Source of the DNA: Octopus sinensis
Lineage: Eukaryota
DNA: 64,000 bases
Direction of reading: 5' to 3'
Assembly (NCBI RefSeq): GCF_006345805.1
Contig: NC_043002.1
Location: forward strand, 97,154,001 to 97,218,000
Below are positions 26,925 to 38,957 of this stretch, piece after piece. Within the stretch, counting starts at the first letter, position 1. The number at the start of each line of letters is the position of its first letter. The notes under the pieces are model-generated. The model worked only from the letters and a program-made list of their open reading frames with translations. It ran no database searches and was not told the DNA's origin. Made by a program: the position numbers and the translations under genes.

Positions 26925-27322
26925 CATTATTGCCCACAAGGGGCTAAACATAGAGGGGACAAACAAAGACAGACAAAGGGATTAAGTTATTACATCGACT
27001 CCGTTGCGAAACTGATACTTATTTAATCCACCCCGAAAGGATGAAAGGCAAAGTCGATCTCGGCGGTATTTGAACTCAGAACGTAGCGGTAGACGAGATA
27101 CCTATTTCTTTACTACCCACAAGGGGCTAAACATAGAGGGGACAAACAACGACAGACAAATGGATCAAGTCGATTATATCGACCCCAGTGCGTAACTGGT
27201 AATTATTTAATTCACCCCGAAAGGATGAAAGGCAAAGTCGACCTCGGCGGAACGTGAACTCAGAACGTAGTGGCAGACGAAATACCGCTAAGTATTTCGC
27301 CCGGGGTGCTAACGATTCTGCC
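26925..27322 (-). mobile_element. SINE B with one head and two body + tail 1 units
   Basis: Junction GAGATACC|TATTTCTTT at about 27102. Confidence 0.9.
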
Positions 27323-27529
27323 ATATATACACTCGTGAGTTGCCGACCTTAGTTTCTCGATCCCACTCTTCAGGTAACTGGCACTGTAGTTTTCGCAGCT
27401 TGATCATTTACATATCAGACTATTGAACTCAGCTGTTCCTATGCACGCTGACAAGGGGAAAATTCTGGAGAAGAGTATTAGAGACGGCTATCAGCAGCAA
27501 TAAAATTATATTCATGAAAATAAGACCAC

Positions 27530-27548
27530 TGTGAATAATAATAATGAC

Positions 27549-27616
<68 letters not shown>

Positions 27617-27818
27617 TAATGATAATAATAACAATAATAATAATAATGATGGTAATAATAATAATAATAATAACAATAATAACATCAACAATAATAATAA
27701 TAATAACAATAATAATAATAATAATAATAATAATGATAATAATAATAATAACAATAACAATAATGATAATAATAATAATAATAGCAATGATAACAACAAC
27801 AATAATAATAATAATAAC

Positions 27819-27902
<84 letters not shown>

Positions 27903-27950
27903 AAGAAGAAGAAGATGAAGAGGAAGAAGAAGAAGAAAATATATATAAGA
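27530..27950. repeat. Compound (AAT/AAC/GAT)n-(AAG)n microsatellite
   Basis: Direct reading; source of the poly-N/I/L pseudo-ORFs. Confidence 0.95.
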
Positions 27951-28288
27951 AATAGAAAGAGGGGAACATGAGGAAAGATAGAAGAGGAAGGAACGAATGG
28001 AGGAGCAGAATACGATAAAGGAAATCAGAGGCAATCACTGTCAATATTCTGTAGGATATTGACATTTGTGGAAGTTGCGAATTTATATGGATGACTACGT
28101 TTGACCTAATTTTCCTGTGACATGTAGAAATAAATCAGGGGTGAGAGATGGTAGTAATATTGATGTATGTTCTGAGCTATCGTCTGCATTGATTAATAGA
28201 ATTTTTTTTTGGTTTTCTTTTTGTTTTGACTTTTTTCTTGTTTCTTTTTTCTGTTTTTGTTTTTTTTTTTTGTTATATTATACGAAAG

Positions 28289-28399
28289 AAAAGGAAGAAA
28301 TGGATAGCTGTGACACCTCGATTTATCAGATCAGAATATGTAAAAATGCTGCATTCTCAAAACAAGCGACGATGCCGGTCGTTAACAGCGTGTCGGAAG
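28289..28399 (+). CDS. Candidate exon, frame ambiguous
   Basis: First AG after a long poly-T tract, strong donor AAG|gtgagt; 111 bp; two open frames (KEEMDSCDTSIYQIRICKNAAFSKQATMPVVNSVSE or KRKKWIAVTPRF...RK). Confidence 0.35.
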
Positions 28400-28489
28400 G
28401 TGAGTGCAGAGTAGCACCCGGTCTTAGCAGTTGAAACCACGACTGCACGATCGTCAGTGCAGCACCCTACCAACTAGCCCATGCAGCAG

Positions 28490-28502
28490 CAGCAGCTGTA
28501 GC

Positions 28503-28566
<64 letters not shown>

Positions 28567-28567
28567 A

Positions 28568-28605
<38 letters not shown>

Positions 28606-28620
28606 AGTAGTGGCAGCAGC

Positions 28621-28682
<62 letters not shown>

Positions 28683-28760
28683 CAGTAGCATTAGTAGTAG
28701 CAGCAGTTGTAGCAGCTATAGCAGCAGTAGTAGTAGTAGTAGTAGCAGCACCAGTAGTAA
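28490..28760. repeat. (TAG/CAG)n microsatellite
   Basis: Direct reading. Confidence 0.95.
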
Positions 28761-29138
28761 AGCGATAAAAATTTGTAGAAATAGCGGGAATAGGAGTTTC
28801 CTATTATTAATAATTCCACATGGTAAGCAGATCAAAGCTACAGAAAATAAATTCCCGCAAAATTCAAGATACTATTCGATTATTAACTCACACCGAATTA
28901 GGAAAGATTTTTCTAACAAAAAAAATCTTTCACAAATCATCTCTTCGCATAATAATAAGTTGTTAAATACAAATACTAGCATTAATTTTGATAACACTAG
29001 CCATTCCTTAAATAATAATAACAACGGGGTTATTGTATCTGAATTCAACTCCAACGGCATTCGTTTTCTTAGTAATTTCTTAGGAACTTTATTTATCAAT
29101 GTAAAATTACTTCCGGTGCTGACATATTTTTTATATAG

Positions 29139-29207
29139 GTAGTTCTTCATCTCAGTTGTCCAAAAGACTATCTAATCATTACTCTACATTTAGGCATATC
29201 AATAAAT
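29139..29207 (+). CDS. Candidate exon (GSSSSQLSKRLSNHYSTFRHINK)
   Basis: tattttttatatag|...T|gtaaca; phase 1-1, joins the first frame of 28289-28399. Confidence 0.25.
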
Positions 29208-29863
29208 GTAACAATACAGGGCTTAGTAAATTAATCTAGTATCTAGAAGATCATAATGAACAAATTAATTTGGAATGGAATATTCTCCCTATATCTTTAC
29301 TGTATGATAAAGGAAAACATTTCGGTTCTCTGTGTAATAGCGAGATGTTTTATATTCTATTCTCAAAGAATCCCTTGTAATCCCTTTATAGAACGCGTTC
29401 AACGTTGCAAACGTAGGCACAAAACATACCTTTAGTTCCTATAAGTGATTTCTACCATTCTATATAATTTAACCTTTGACTATCTTCTTACATTTCAATT
29501 CCACTAAATATAATATCTAATTCCACGCTTTTAAAGATTATTCTAATTCACTCTATATTTCTGCATTATTAGTTTTCTGCTAATTTTTTCCTTCTCCTTC
29601 TCCTTCTCTTTCTATACGCTATCTTTGACGTTTTATCTACTAACGTTTTTTTTTAGAAAAAACTTAATAGTGTTCCCTTCATTATCATACACAGTCATCA
29701 CATTCTGTTAAAATGTCTTATTGATGTGTTTCGTTTCTTTCTTTCCCTGATGAGAAGAATGCATTTTTTTACACAATTTTATTCCTTTTGGCATAATACC
29801 AATGTTGTATTTGAAACATGTCGGAAGTAAAAGAATTTGAATAACAACTGCGTTTAACTCAAT

Positions 29864-29920
<57 letters not shown>

Positions 29921-29924
<4 letters not shown>

Positions 29925-30047
29925 ACAGGCTTCTTTCAGGTTCCGTCTACCAAGTCCACTCGCAAGGCTTTGGTCGGCCCGAGGCTAAAGTAGAAGGCAC
30001 TTGCCCAAAGTGTGACACGGTGGGACTGATCCCGGAACCTGCGCCTA
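29921..30047 (-). mobile_element. SINE family A head with internal deletion
   Basis: CAGGCTTCTTTCAGGTTCCGTCTACC...CCCGGAACC|TGCGCCTAT. Confidence 0.8.
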
Positions 30048-30076
30048 TTATATATATATATATATATATATGTATG

Positions 30077-30178
<102 letters not shown>

Positions 30179-30277
30179 TAGATATAGATATATATACATA
30201 TATTGCTGTATTAAAGTATGCTCATTTTCTTTTTTTGCCAAATAAATCCACCCACTATATATTCGTTCTTCCCTCGT

Positions 30278-30487
30278 TTATTACTGTTTTTATTCTAACT
30301 CATGTCCATTGTCTGGAAATCTTTTGTCACACATTTGTGACCTCTTCAGATAACATCATAAAATAACAGAATGGAATAAGCAGAGAAAGAGCAAACACGA
30401 AGACGGAAAGTGTCCCTAAGGAGGTCACAGATGTGTGACGAAAGATTTCCGGACAATGGCCATGAGTTAGAATAACAACAGTTATAA
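30278..30487. mobile_element. Inverted-repeat mini-element, each arm with a degenerate hammerhead-like motif
   Basis: ~70 bp arms 30278-30349 / 30416-30487; GTCC-CTAAGGA-GGTCACAGATGTGTGAC-GAAAGATTTC-CGGAC. Confidence 0.7.
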
Positions 30488-30622
30488 AGAAATGAATGAA
30501 TTGACCATCCCGAAATACAACAACATGTTTCAACACACGACTTCACATCAGGAATCTAGCAACACAGATTCATAAAATAAACATACATATATATAAATAT
30601 ATATACATATATACATATATAA

Positions 30623-30663
<41 letters not shown>

Positions 30664-30669
30664 CATACA

Positions 30670-30705
<36 letters not shown>

Positions 30706-30784
30706 TACATATATATATATATATACATACATATATACATACATATATCTATACATACATATATGAATATATATATATAAATCT

Positions 30785-30880
30785 AATACCGGATGAAGCT
30801 TCGAGGGTATATCAGCCGAAACATTGTGTTAACAATAAAGAAGATGGGGACAAATATCCGTAAAATGTATAAAACTTCTC
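30785..30880 (+). mobile_element. PLE-type terminal repeat fragment with degenerate hammerhead
   Basis: CGGATGAAGCTTCGAGGGTATATCAGCCGAAACATTGTG. Confidence 0.5.
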
Positions 30881-31250
30881 TGCATCATGATTCTACTGAA
30901 ATGATGGAGGGTTGGTTTATCTAATGTTTATTTCCTTCCATTACAACATGCATATTGTCGTGAACTAAATCTGCCAGCATTATGACGCCACCAGAAACAG
31001 CTGTTGGACTTATAAACACCTTACCTCTTCGTCTTTCATTTTCTCTCTTGGTTGATTGATTAATATAAGTGTCTATACCTATATACTTAAATGCTCATCA
31101 TCTGAAAACTCGCAGTCTTTACCTTCTTTCTGTTTCCATGTATGTGTGTGTGTGTGTGTGTTATAATTTTGAACAAACAGTAAAAGTTTGTCATTATATG
31201 TGTGCGTATATATGTATATATATATATATATATATAGTATTATATATATT

Positions 31251-31299
<49 letters not shown>

Positions 31300-31307
31300 T
31301 ATATTAA

Positions 31308-31626
31308 ATAAATTAGAGATAAAACCACTATTAGGCAAATGATACAATGAAAACTTAAGCCAATACATAAGATTAATTATTTTATATTATTTTAAATATA
31401 TATCAAAATTATTAAAAAAAGATAATTAGTATAACACTACGATCGTTTCATGGCTGTCCAATTCTTAAAATTTCGAGTTACAGTCATTCTTCAGGTGATT
31501 TAAATATCTAACTTAGCGAGAATAATTTTGATATATATTTAAAATAATATAAATTAATTAATCTTATGTATTGGCTAAAGTTTTTCATTGTATGATTTGC
31601 CTAATAGTGGTTTTATCTCTAATTTA
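31308..31626. mobile_element. Foldback mini-element (~108 bp arms) enclosing a hammerhead; half-copy at about 42800-42845
   Basis: 31308-31414 is nearly the reverse complement of 31520-31626. Confidence 0.85.
31435..31497 (-). ncRNA. Minimal type-I hammerhead ribozyme (predicted)
   Basis: CAC-CUGAAGA-AUGACUGU..ACAGCCAU-GAAAC-GAUC-GUA^GUG: stem I 3 bp, intact core, stem II 7/8, palindromic stem III ACGAUCGU. Confidence 0.7.
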
Positions 31627-32369
31627 ATATAATATATTTTACTATAAAATTGGATTCAATCCTAAATCTGATTTTTCCCTGTAAGTTTGGATTTATTCCC
31701 TAATATTTTATTATATATATATATTTATATATATACATATACTTGTGTGTGTTTGTGTGTCTGTGTATATCTGTGTGTGTATGTGTGTGTTTCTGTGTTT
31801 CTGTGTGTAGGTATGTATGTATGCATGCATCTTTTTATGTATATATGCCAAGCAAATATCACCTATCAGTAGTCAGACAATAGGCAGACGTATTAAAGGA
31901 GAAAGGAAAAGAAAATGCGAAATGGTAACACTGAGACAGTGGTAAAATTCTTAGTCGAACGATTCTTAGAAAATACACTTTCCTTAAAACACTATTGACT
32001 TTTAAATTCCGATGCAAGTTACTGCTACTTCTACAAATACATAAAATGATGAACATACCACTTCATGATATTTGATTGGTGGCATTTGTTTCTACTTATT
32101 AAAAGCAATGCTATGAATGTTTCTCAAATGTATGTGTATCAAGTTTACTGTACTGAATATAAATAACTAAAAATATATTGCATTTTAAAGAGATGTGACT
32201 ATGTAATAAAATAAAAATATATTATTTTTCATGTAGTTTCCTATAATTGTCTACATATTTTGAATGACTTTCGTATGGCTATATTCCCCGTTATCCCCAG
32301 TTTATGTGTAGTTATATAGCCCTAACTATTTTTACTAATATATGTACAGGGTATGATACTTTGAGGAAT

Positions 32370-32770
32370 GGTGATAGTCGATTCTATCACCCAACTGCTC
32401 AGCTGGTACTTACTTTATTGGCCTCGAAATGATGAAATGCTTTTTTGAGCTCGGTGAAATTTGAAATCAGACCGTAAAGAACCGGAAGAATAGAACGTAA
32501 GGAGTAATACGCGTTTTGTTTGACGCGGTAACGATTCTTATTTCTTTATTGACCACAAGAGGCTAAACATAGATGGGACAAAGAAAGACAGTCAAAGGGA
32601 TTAAGTCGATTACATCGACCCCAGTGCGTAACTAGTATTTAATTTATCGACCCCGAAATGATAAAAGGCAAAGTCGAACTCGGCGGAATTTGAACTCAGA
32701 ACGTAACGGCAGACGAAATCCCGCTAAGCATTTCGCCTGGCGTGCTGACGATTCTACCAGCTCGTCGCTT
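32370..32770 (-). mobile_element. Young SINE B (tail 1) joined to the remainder of an old B copy
   Basis: Junction GGTAACGATTCT|TATTTCTTT near 32527; single head. Confidence 0.8.
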
Positions 32771-32957
32771 TATACATTTCTAGATATGGAAAGAAAGTTT
32801 CCCCAGCATTAATAGTATCTTTGCGTATATTTAATGATTCGAACTCCTACATTTGTAATCTAAATCAATAGATTATCGGTGATAATTCTTGGTTAGTTAA
32901 CGTGCGAGAACTGCTATAAATATAAAGATGTTTCCATGATGTTATAGGAAAGATAGT

Positions 32958-33945
32958 ACAGGCGGTGGCGTGGCTATGTGCTAAGAAGCTTACCTCTCAA
33001 CCACATGGTTCCGAGTTCAGTTCCACTACATGACACCCTGGGCAAGTGTTTTCTACTATAGCGACGGGCCGACCAAAATCTTGTGAATTGATCTGGTAGA
33101 CGGAAACTGAAAGAAGCTCGTCGTACATATGTGTCTTTTTTGTGTGTTTTCCCCTGAAACAGCTTGACAATTGTTGTTGGTTTGCTTATGCCTTTGTCAC
33201 CAAGCCGTTCGGCAAAAAGAGAACGACAGAATCCTTTTATTCTTTCGTTTACTTGTTTCGCCCATTTGACCGCTGCCATGCTGGAGCACCGTCTTTAGTG
33301 GAACAAATTGACCCCAGGACTTGTGTTTTATAAGCCTAGTAATTATTCTATCAGTCACTTTTGCCGAACCACTAAGTTACGGGGACGAAAACAGACCAGC
33401 ATCGGTTGTCCAGCGATGGTGGGGACGAACGAACACAGACACGCAAATACATATACATATATATATATATATATATGTGTGTGACAGGCTTCTTTCAGTT
33501 TCCGTCTACCAAATCCACTCACAAGGCTTCTACTATAGCCTGAAGCTATAGCAGAAGGCACTTGCCCAAGGTACCACGCAGTGGGACTGAACACGGAGCC
33601 ATGTGGCTGGGAGGCTTTAAAAAGAAACAAATACTATTTTCTACTCTAGGCACACGGCCCGAAATTTTGGAGGAGGGGTCAGTCGATCAGATCGGCCGCA
33701 GTTCGTAACTGGTAATTAATTCATCAACTCCGAAAGGATGAAAGGCAAAGTCGACCTCGGCGGAATTTGAACTCAGAACATAAAAACAGACGAATTAATA
33801 CTAAGCATTTCGCCCGGCGTGCTAACGTTTCTGCCAGCTCACTGCCTTAAAAAGAAACAAATACTGGGATCGATTCGTTCTTTCTAGGCTGTGCTCCAGC
33901 ATGGCCGCGGTCTAATGAGTAAAACAAATAAAAGGTAAAAGATAC
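32958..33945. mobile_element. Nested SINEs: A(+) interrupted by A(-) and B tail 2 (-)
   Basis: A(+) 32958-33232 resumes at 33865-33945; A(-) 33235-33615; B 33636-33846 with 19 bp TSD TTAAAAAGAAACAAATACT (33617-33635, 33847-33865). Confidence 0.85.
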
Positions 33946-34636
33946 TATCTTATTTGTAGCTTAGCCTACCGAAAGAGCTCTGGCAGAAAATAAATAAAAC
34001 ACAAAAACAAGTATAAATAAATATAGAACAAGAAATAATATTGCTCTCTTCTGTTGGGATAACGTGTCAAAATATTGATGATTGTCTGAGAGATGTGATG
34101 TCATTGGGTCCTTTTGAAATTTAGGAGCTAGAAATGAAATATTAAAAATCTAATCGTAAAGAAATAATAATTACACAAACTAAAATTATAATTAAAGTTT
34201 AGACTGTAGGACACAGTGGGAATTGTCGAAAATAGAAAAAAGAAAAAGTGAAGCACTTTGAGTATTAGAAAAATTGAGAAATTAAAGTAGATAGATCGAT
34301 AGATAGATTAAAAAGTAGATATATATAAAAAATTTGAAGGTTGTAGGAAAGATGAAGCAGATGTGAATGAGATATGGAAAGTTAAGGGAAAGAGATGATT
34401 GATGTCGAAAACGATCATCGAAAACATGGCTGACGTGTATATAAAAATAATATCAGTGAGTGTGCAGAGGTGGTAACGTATGACTAAAAGTAAGATACGG
34501 AAAACTAATCGAAAAATGAAATGAAAAAAAAAATGGAAGCCAAAAGAGAAGTGACAGTATAGAGATATGGTAACTAATGAAAGACAAAAAGATATTGTAG
34601 TTAGTGAAAGAGAGAGTGAAGGGATGTAATAGAAAA

Positions 34637-34674
<38 letters not shown>

Positions 34675-34698
34675 AGTGAAAGTAGTTGAAAGCAAAAT

Positions 34699-34734
<36 letters not shown>

Positions 34735-35539
34735 AAGATATATGGTAGATAGTGGAAGATAGAAAAGAGGTGATTTTGGTTTCATGACAGTTTATCTGAT
34801 TTGAAAACTTAAGACATGCTACAAGATTAACTGGTAATTTTGGATTTAGCTGCCATAGCCGAGATTGTCAGTTATCTAAGATTCACTGCTCTCTGAAGAG
34901 CAGGATATGAACGTTCAATTGGAAGCTTGGCACGCTTACTCATTTACACACGCACACACATACAGACAAATTCCCTCTCCCTCCTTCCCCCTCTCTCTTT
35001 CTGTCACACACATGCATTCTCACACACACACACACACACACATACACACACACACGCCCACTTACATATTAGTATTCAGAGATGGATATGAACACTGGAA
35101 AAAAAATATATTTTGTAGTGGATATACACAAAATGGTATAAGTATTTAATGAAATGAACTTTAGACGATTCTTTTTTTCGGTAAGCGCATATTTAGCTAT
35201 ACCGTGAAGATAAATCATGATTAAGTCAAGTTCTTTTATTATTATATTTTTTTTTCGTCTTTTTTGGCCAGAAATAAAGATTAATGTCATAAATTTCAAC
35301 TTGTGTTAAAGATTCATCAAACAACCGCTATTTATTGTTGGTCACTCAAAATAGTCGCTTATAGATATTCACAATATATTCACACTTGGTCATATTAAAC
35401 TTCACACATTGCGAGACATTTCGCAAATGTGCAAACTTAACTGGGCTGATGTGTTTTAATTATTCAATAAACACACTCTATAGTAAATGTGTATTAAAAT
35501 TAAAAAAAACAGTATACATACATACACGCACACACACAT

Positions 35540-35875
<336 letters not shown>

Positions 35876-35884
35876 AAAGAGAAG

Positions 35885-36075
35885 CTTGCAATATCGTTAG
35901 CACGTCGGACAAAATGCTTAGAACAATTTACCGGATCTTTACGATTTGAATGCCAATACAGCCAAGGTCAAAATTTCTCCATGCTCACGAGGTTGATGAA
36001 ATAAAGTACCAGTCAAATACTGTGAGCGATATAATCGGCAAACCTCTCCCCTAACATTGCTGGCCTTGTTTCAAA
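35885..36075 (+). mobile_element. Old SINE B, tail type 3
   Basis: CGTTAGCACGTCGGACAAAATGCTTAG ... CCCCTAACATTGCTGGCCTTGTTTCAAAATTTGAAACC. Confidence 0.65.
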
Positions 36076-36084
36076 ATTTGAAAC

Positions 36085-36900
36085 CCGTGTCCATATATGT
36101 GTCTCTCTTGCTCATGAAAGATGAAAAGCCACGACTGAATGCGTATCGTGAACTAAAAGAACAGCTGGAAGCTGCTCTGGATCCTTTTACGAAGGTCATC
36201 ACTGGTCAATACAGAGGTTATAAAGAAAGCTGGTGCAACGGTTATGACCCGGAAAGGCGGCGAGCTGGCAGAAACGTTAGTGCGCCGGGCGAAATGCTTA
36301 GCGGTATTTGCCTTTCATCCTTTCGGGGTCGATTAAATAAGTACTATTACGCACTGGGGTCGATATGATCGACTTAATCCGTTTGTCTGTCCTTGTTCGT
36401 CCTCTCTGTGTTTAGCCCCTTGTGGGTAGTAAAGAAATTGGTTATGACCCGGAAACGAAGCAACTATCAAGTCAGTGGAAGCACTCGAAGTCACCACGCC
36501 CCGCAAAAGTGCGTCAAATGAAGTCCAATGTCAAGACGATGCTGATTTGTTTTATCAGTGTGAAAGTCATGGGCCACACGGAAGTTTTTTTCTCCTGACC
36601 AAACTGTTAACCAAACATTTCATGTGGCAGTTCCAAAGCATTTGCGAGATGCAGTGAGACGACAACGTCCCGCCTTGTGGCAAACTGAAGTATGGTGGTT
36701 TCATCAAGACAATGCGCCTGCGCACACCGCCTTCAGTGTGAAACAGTTTTTGACCAAAAATGGCATGACCCCGCTTACCCGCCCTCCCTATTCTACCGAT
36801 CTGCTCCCCGCGATTTTGTTTTGTTCCCTCCAAAGAAAAAAGTCCTAAGAGGAAAACTTTTTGTAGATGCGGAAGTGGTGAAGAAAAAAATGGCACATAT
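36085..36900 (+). pseudogene. Mariner transposase remnant interrupted by a SINE
   Basis: KVITG..ESWCNGYDPETKQLSSQW; HLRDAVRRQRP; WWFHQDNAPAHT; PPYSTDL (YSPDLAP motif); frameshifts; no TIRs seen. Confidence 0.9.
36256..36437 (+). mobile_element. SINE B tail 1, internally deleted, inserted in mariner
   Basis: 16 bp TSD GGTTATGACCCGGAAA on both sides. Confidence 0.9.
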
Positions 36901-36902
36901 GA

Positions 36903-37280
36903 CGTAGGAGTGGCTGAGTGGTAAGTAGCTTACTTGCTAACCACATGGTTCCGGGTTCAGCCCCACTGCGTGGCACCTTGGGCAAGTGTCTTCTACTATA
37001 GCCGCGGGCCGACGAAAGCCTTGTGAGTGAATTTGGTAGACGGAAACTGAAAGAAGCCCGTCGTATATATGTAAGTGTGTGTGTATTTGTTTGTGTCTGT
37101 GTTTGTCCCCCCAACATCGCTTCATAACTGATGCTGGTGTGTTTACGTCGCCGTAACTTAGATAGATAGAACAAGTACTAGGCTTACAAATAATAAGTCC
37201 TGGGGTCAATTTGCTCGACTAAAGGCGGTGCTCCAGTATAGTCACAGTCAAATGACTGAAACAAGTAAAAGAGTAATAGA
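36903..37280 (+). mobile_element. SINE family A, full length
   Basis: AGGAGTGGCTGAGTGGTAAG...GTTCCGGGTTCAG...CAGTCAAATGACTGAAACAAGTAAAAGAG. Confidence 0.95.
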
Positions 37281-37641
37281 GTATATGTATGTATGTGTAT
37301 ATGTATGCATATATGTATATATGATTTCATGTATGTCTATATTACGTATAAGGGTACGGAAATATGCATTCTATTGCCAATCAATAAAAGCTCGCAGCTG
37401 TAATTCAAAAGGCCAGATTCATCAATCACCCTATCACACTGATTTCGCTTGAGAATTACGGAAGGGTTCACTTGTCTATAGAATACTTCGCCACCGATTC
37501 ATTAATACAGTTAACAGGGAATTCATCTAATCGATCTAGTGCATATGCATAATCGAATTCGAAGTAGTCTCACTAAACATACACGTGCACTCACACGCAA
37601 ATACACACACACACACATACACACAAACACACACACCCATT

Positions 37642-37709
<68 letters not shown>

Positions 37710-37769
37710 ATACATATATAACATATATATATATACATACATACATATACAAATATATATATGTATATA

Positions 37770-38094
37770 TATATAAATTTATGAATAAGTATAATATCGA
37801 TATTTAGATATCGATCTTATCAAGTGGGCAGCATGGGAATAAATACCATACAAAGGTAATAATTATTTAAAACTATAAATTAGGGCATGTGAGAGATACC
37901 ACCATTCTGAAATAGCAGTTAAAACTCTGACCCTAAAGCCAACTTAAATGTTCATATAGCGCTAGGGGAGAAGACAGAGAGACAAAATAAACTATGAGAA
38001 AAATTTTTTCTGGATAATTCAAGATGCTGGATTTCCGGCTTTGCATAAGAGAAGCTCTGCCTTCGTCAGTTGAATATACCAGATAAGCACATAA

Positions 38095-38160
<66 letters not shown>

Positions 38161-38450
38161 CAGAACATGCGTTTACTTACATATACGAACGCTCATACAT
38201 ACATATATGTGCACGTATGTACAAGACCAGCTTAAATTGCCTGCCTAACAGCTCCACGCGCGATATGGTCAAAATAAGCACCGCAGTGAATACAGTGTCG
38301 AAATATATAAATTTATAAAAAAAAGAACAGGATAATATCGATATTTAGATATCAATCTTATCAAGTGGCCAACATGGGAATAAATACCATACAAAGGTAA
38401 TAATTATTTAAAAGTAATAATTAGGGTGGTATCTCTCAGATACCCTAATA
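37770..38450 (-). mobile_element. ORF-less element with ~95 bp direct repeats, a short terminal inversion and an internal hammerhead
   Basis: 37791-37885 repeats at 38332-38426 (period 541); 38428-38449 is inverted relative to 37879-37900. Confidence 0.75.
38016..38075 (-). ncRNA. Type-I hammerhead ribozyme (predicted)
   Basis: AUUCAA-CUGACGA-AGGC..GCCG-GAAAU-CCAGC-AUC^UUGAAU: perfect 6 bp stem I, intact core, NUH triplet AUC. Confidence 0.7.
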
Positions 38451-38458
38451 TATACTCT

Positions 38459-38877
38459 TTTTCTCTTTTACTCTTTTTACTCTTTTACTTGTTTCAGTCG
38501 TTTGACTGCGGCCATGCTGGAGCACCGCCTTAGTCGAGCAACTCGACCCCGGGACTTATTCTTTGTAAGCCAGTACTTATTCTATCGGTCTCTTTTGGCC
38601 GAACCGCTAAGTGACGGGGACGTAACACACCAGCATCAGTTGTCAAGCAATGCTAGGGGAACAAACACAGACACACCAAACATATTCACACACACTTATA
38701 TATATATACATATATACGACAGGCTTCTTTCAGTTTCCGTCTACCAAATCCACTCACAAGGCATTGGTCGGCCCGGGGCTATAGCAGAAGACACTTGCCC
38801 AAGATGCCACGCAGTGGGACTGAACCCGGAACCATGTGGTTGGTTAGCAAGCTACTTACCAAACAGCCACTCCTGCG

Positions 38878-38880
<3 letters not shown>
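38459..38880 (-). mobile_element. SINE family A, full length, young
   Basis: Complete head AGGCGCAGGAGTGGCTG to (AAAAGAGT)n tail. Confidence 0.95.
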
Positions 38881-38951
<71 letters not shown>

Positions 38952-38957
38952 ATATCT

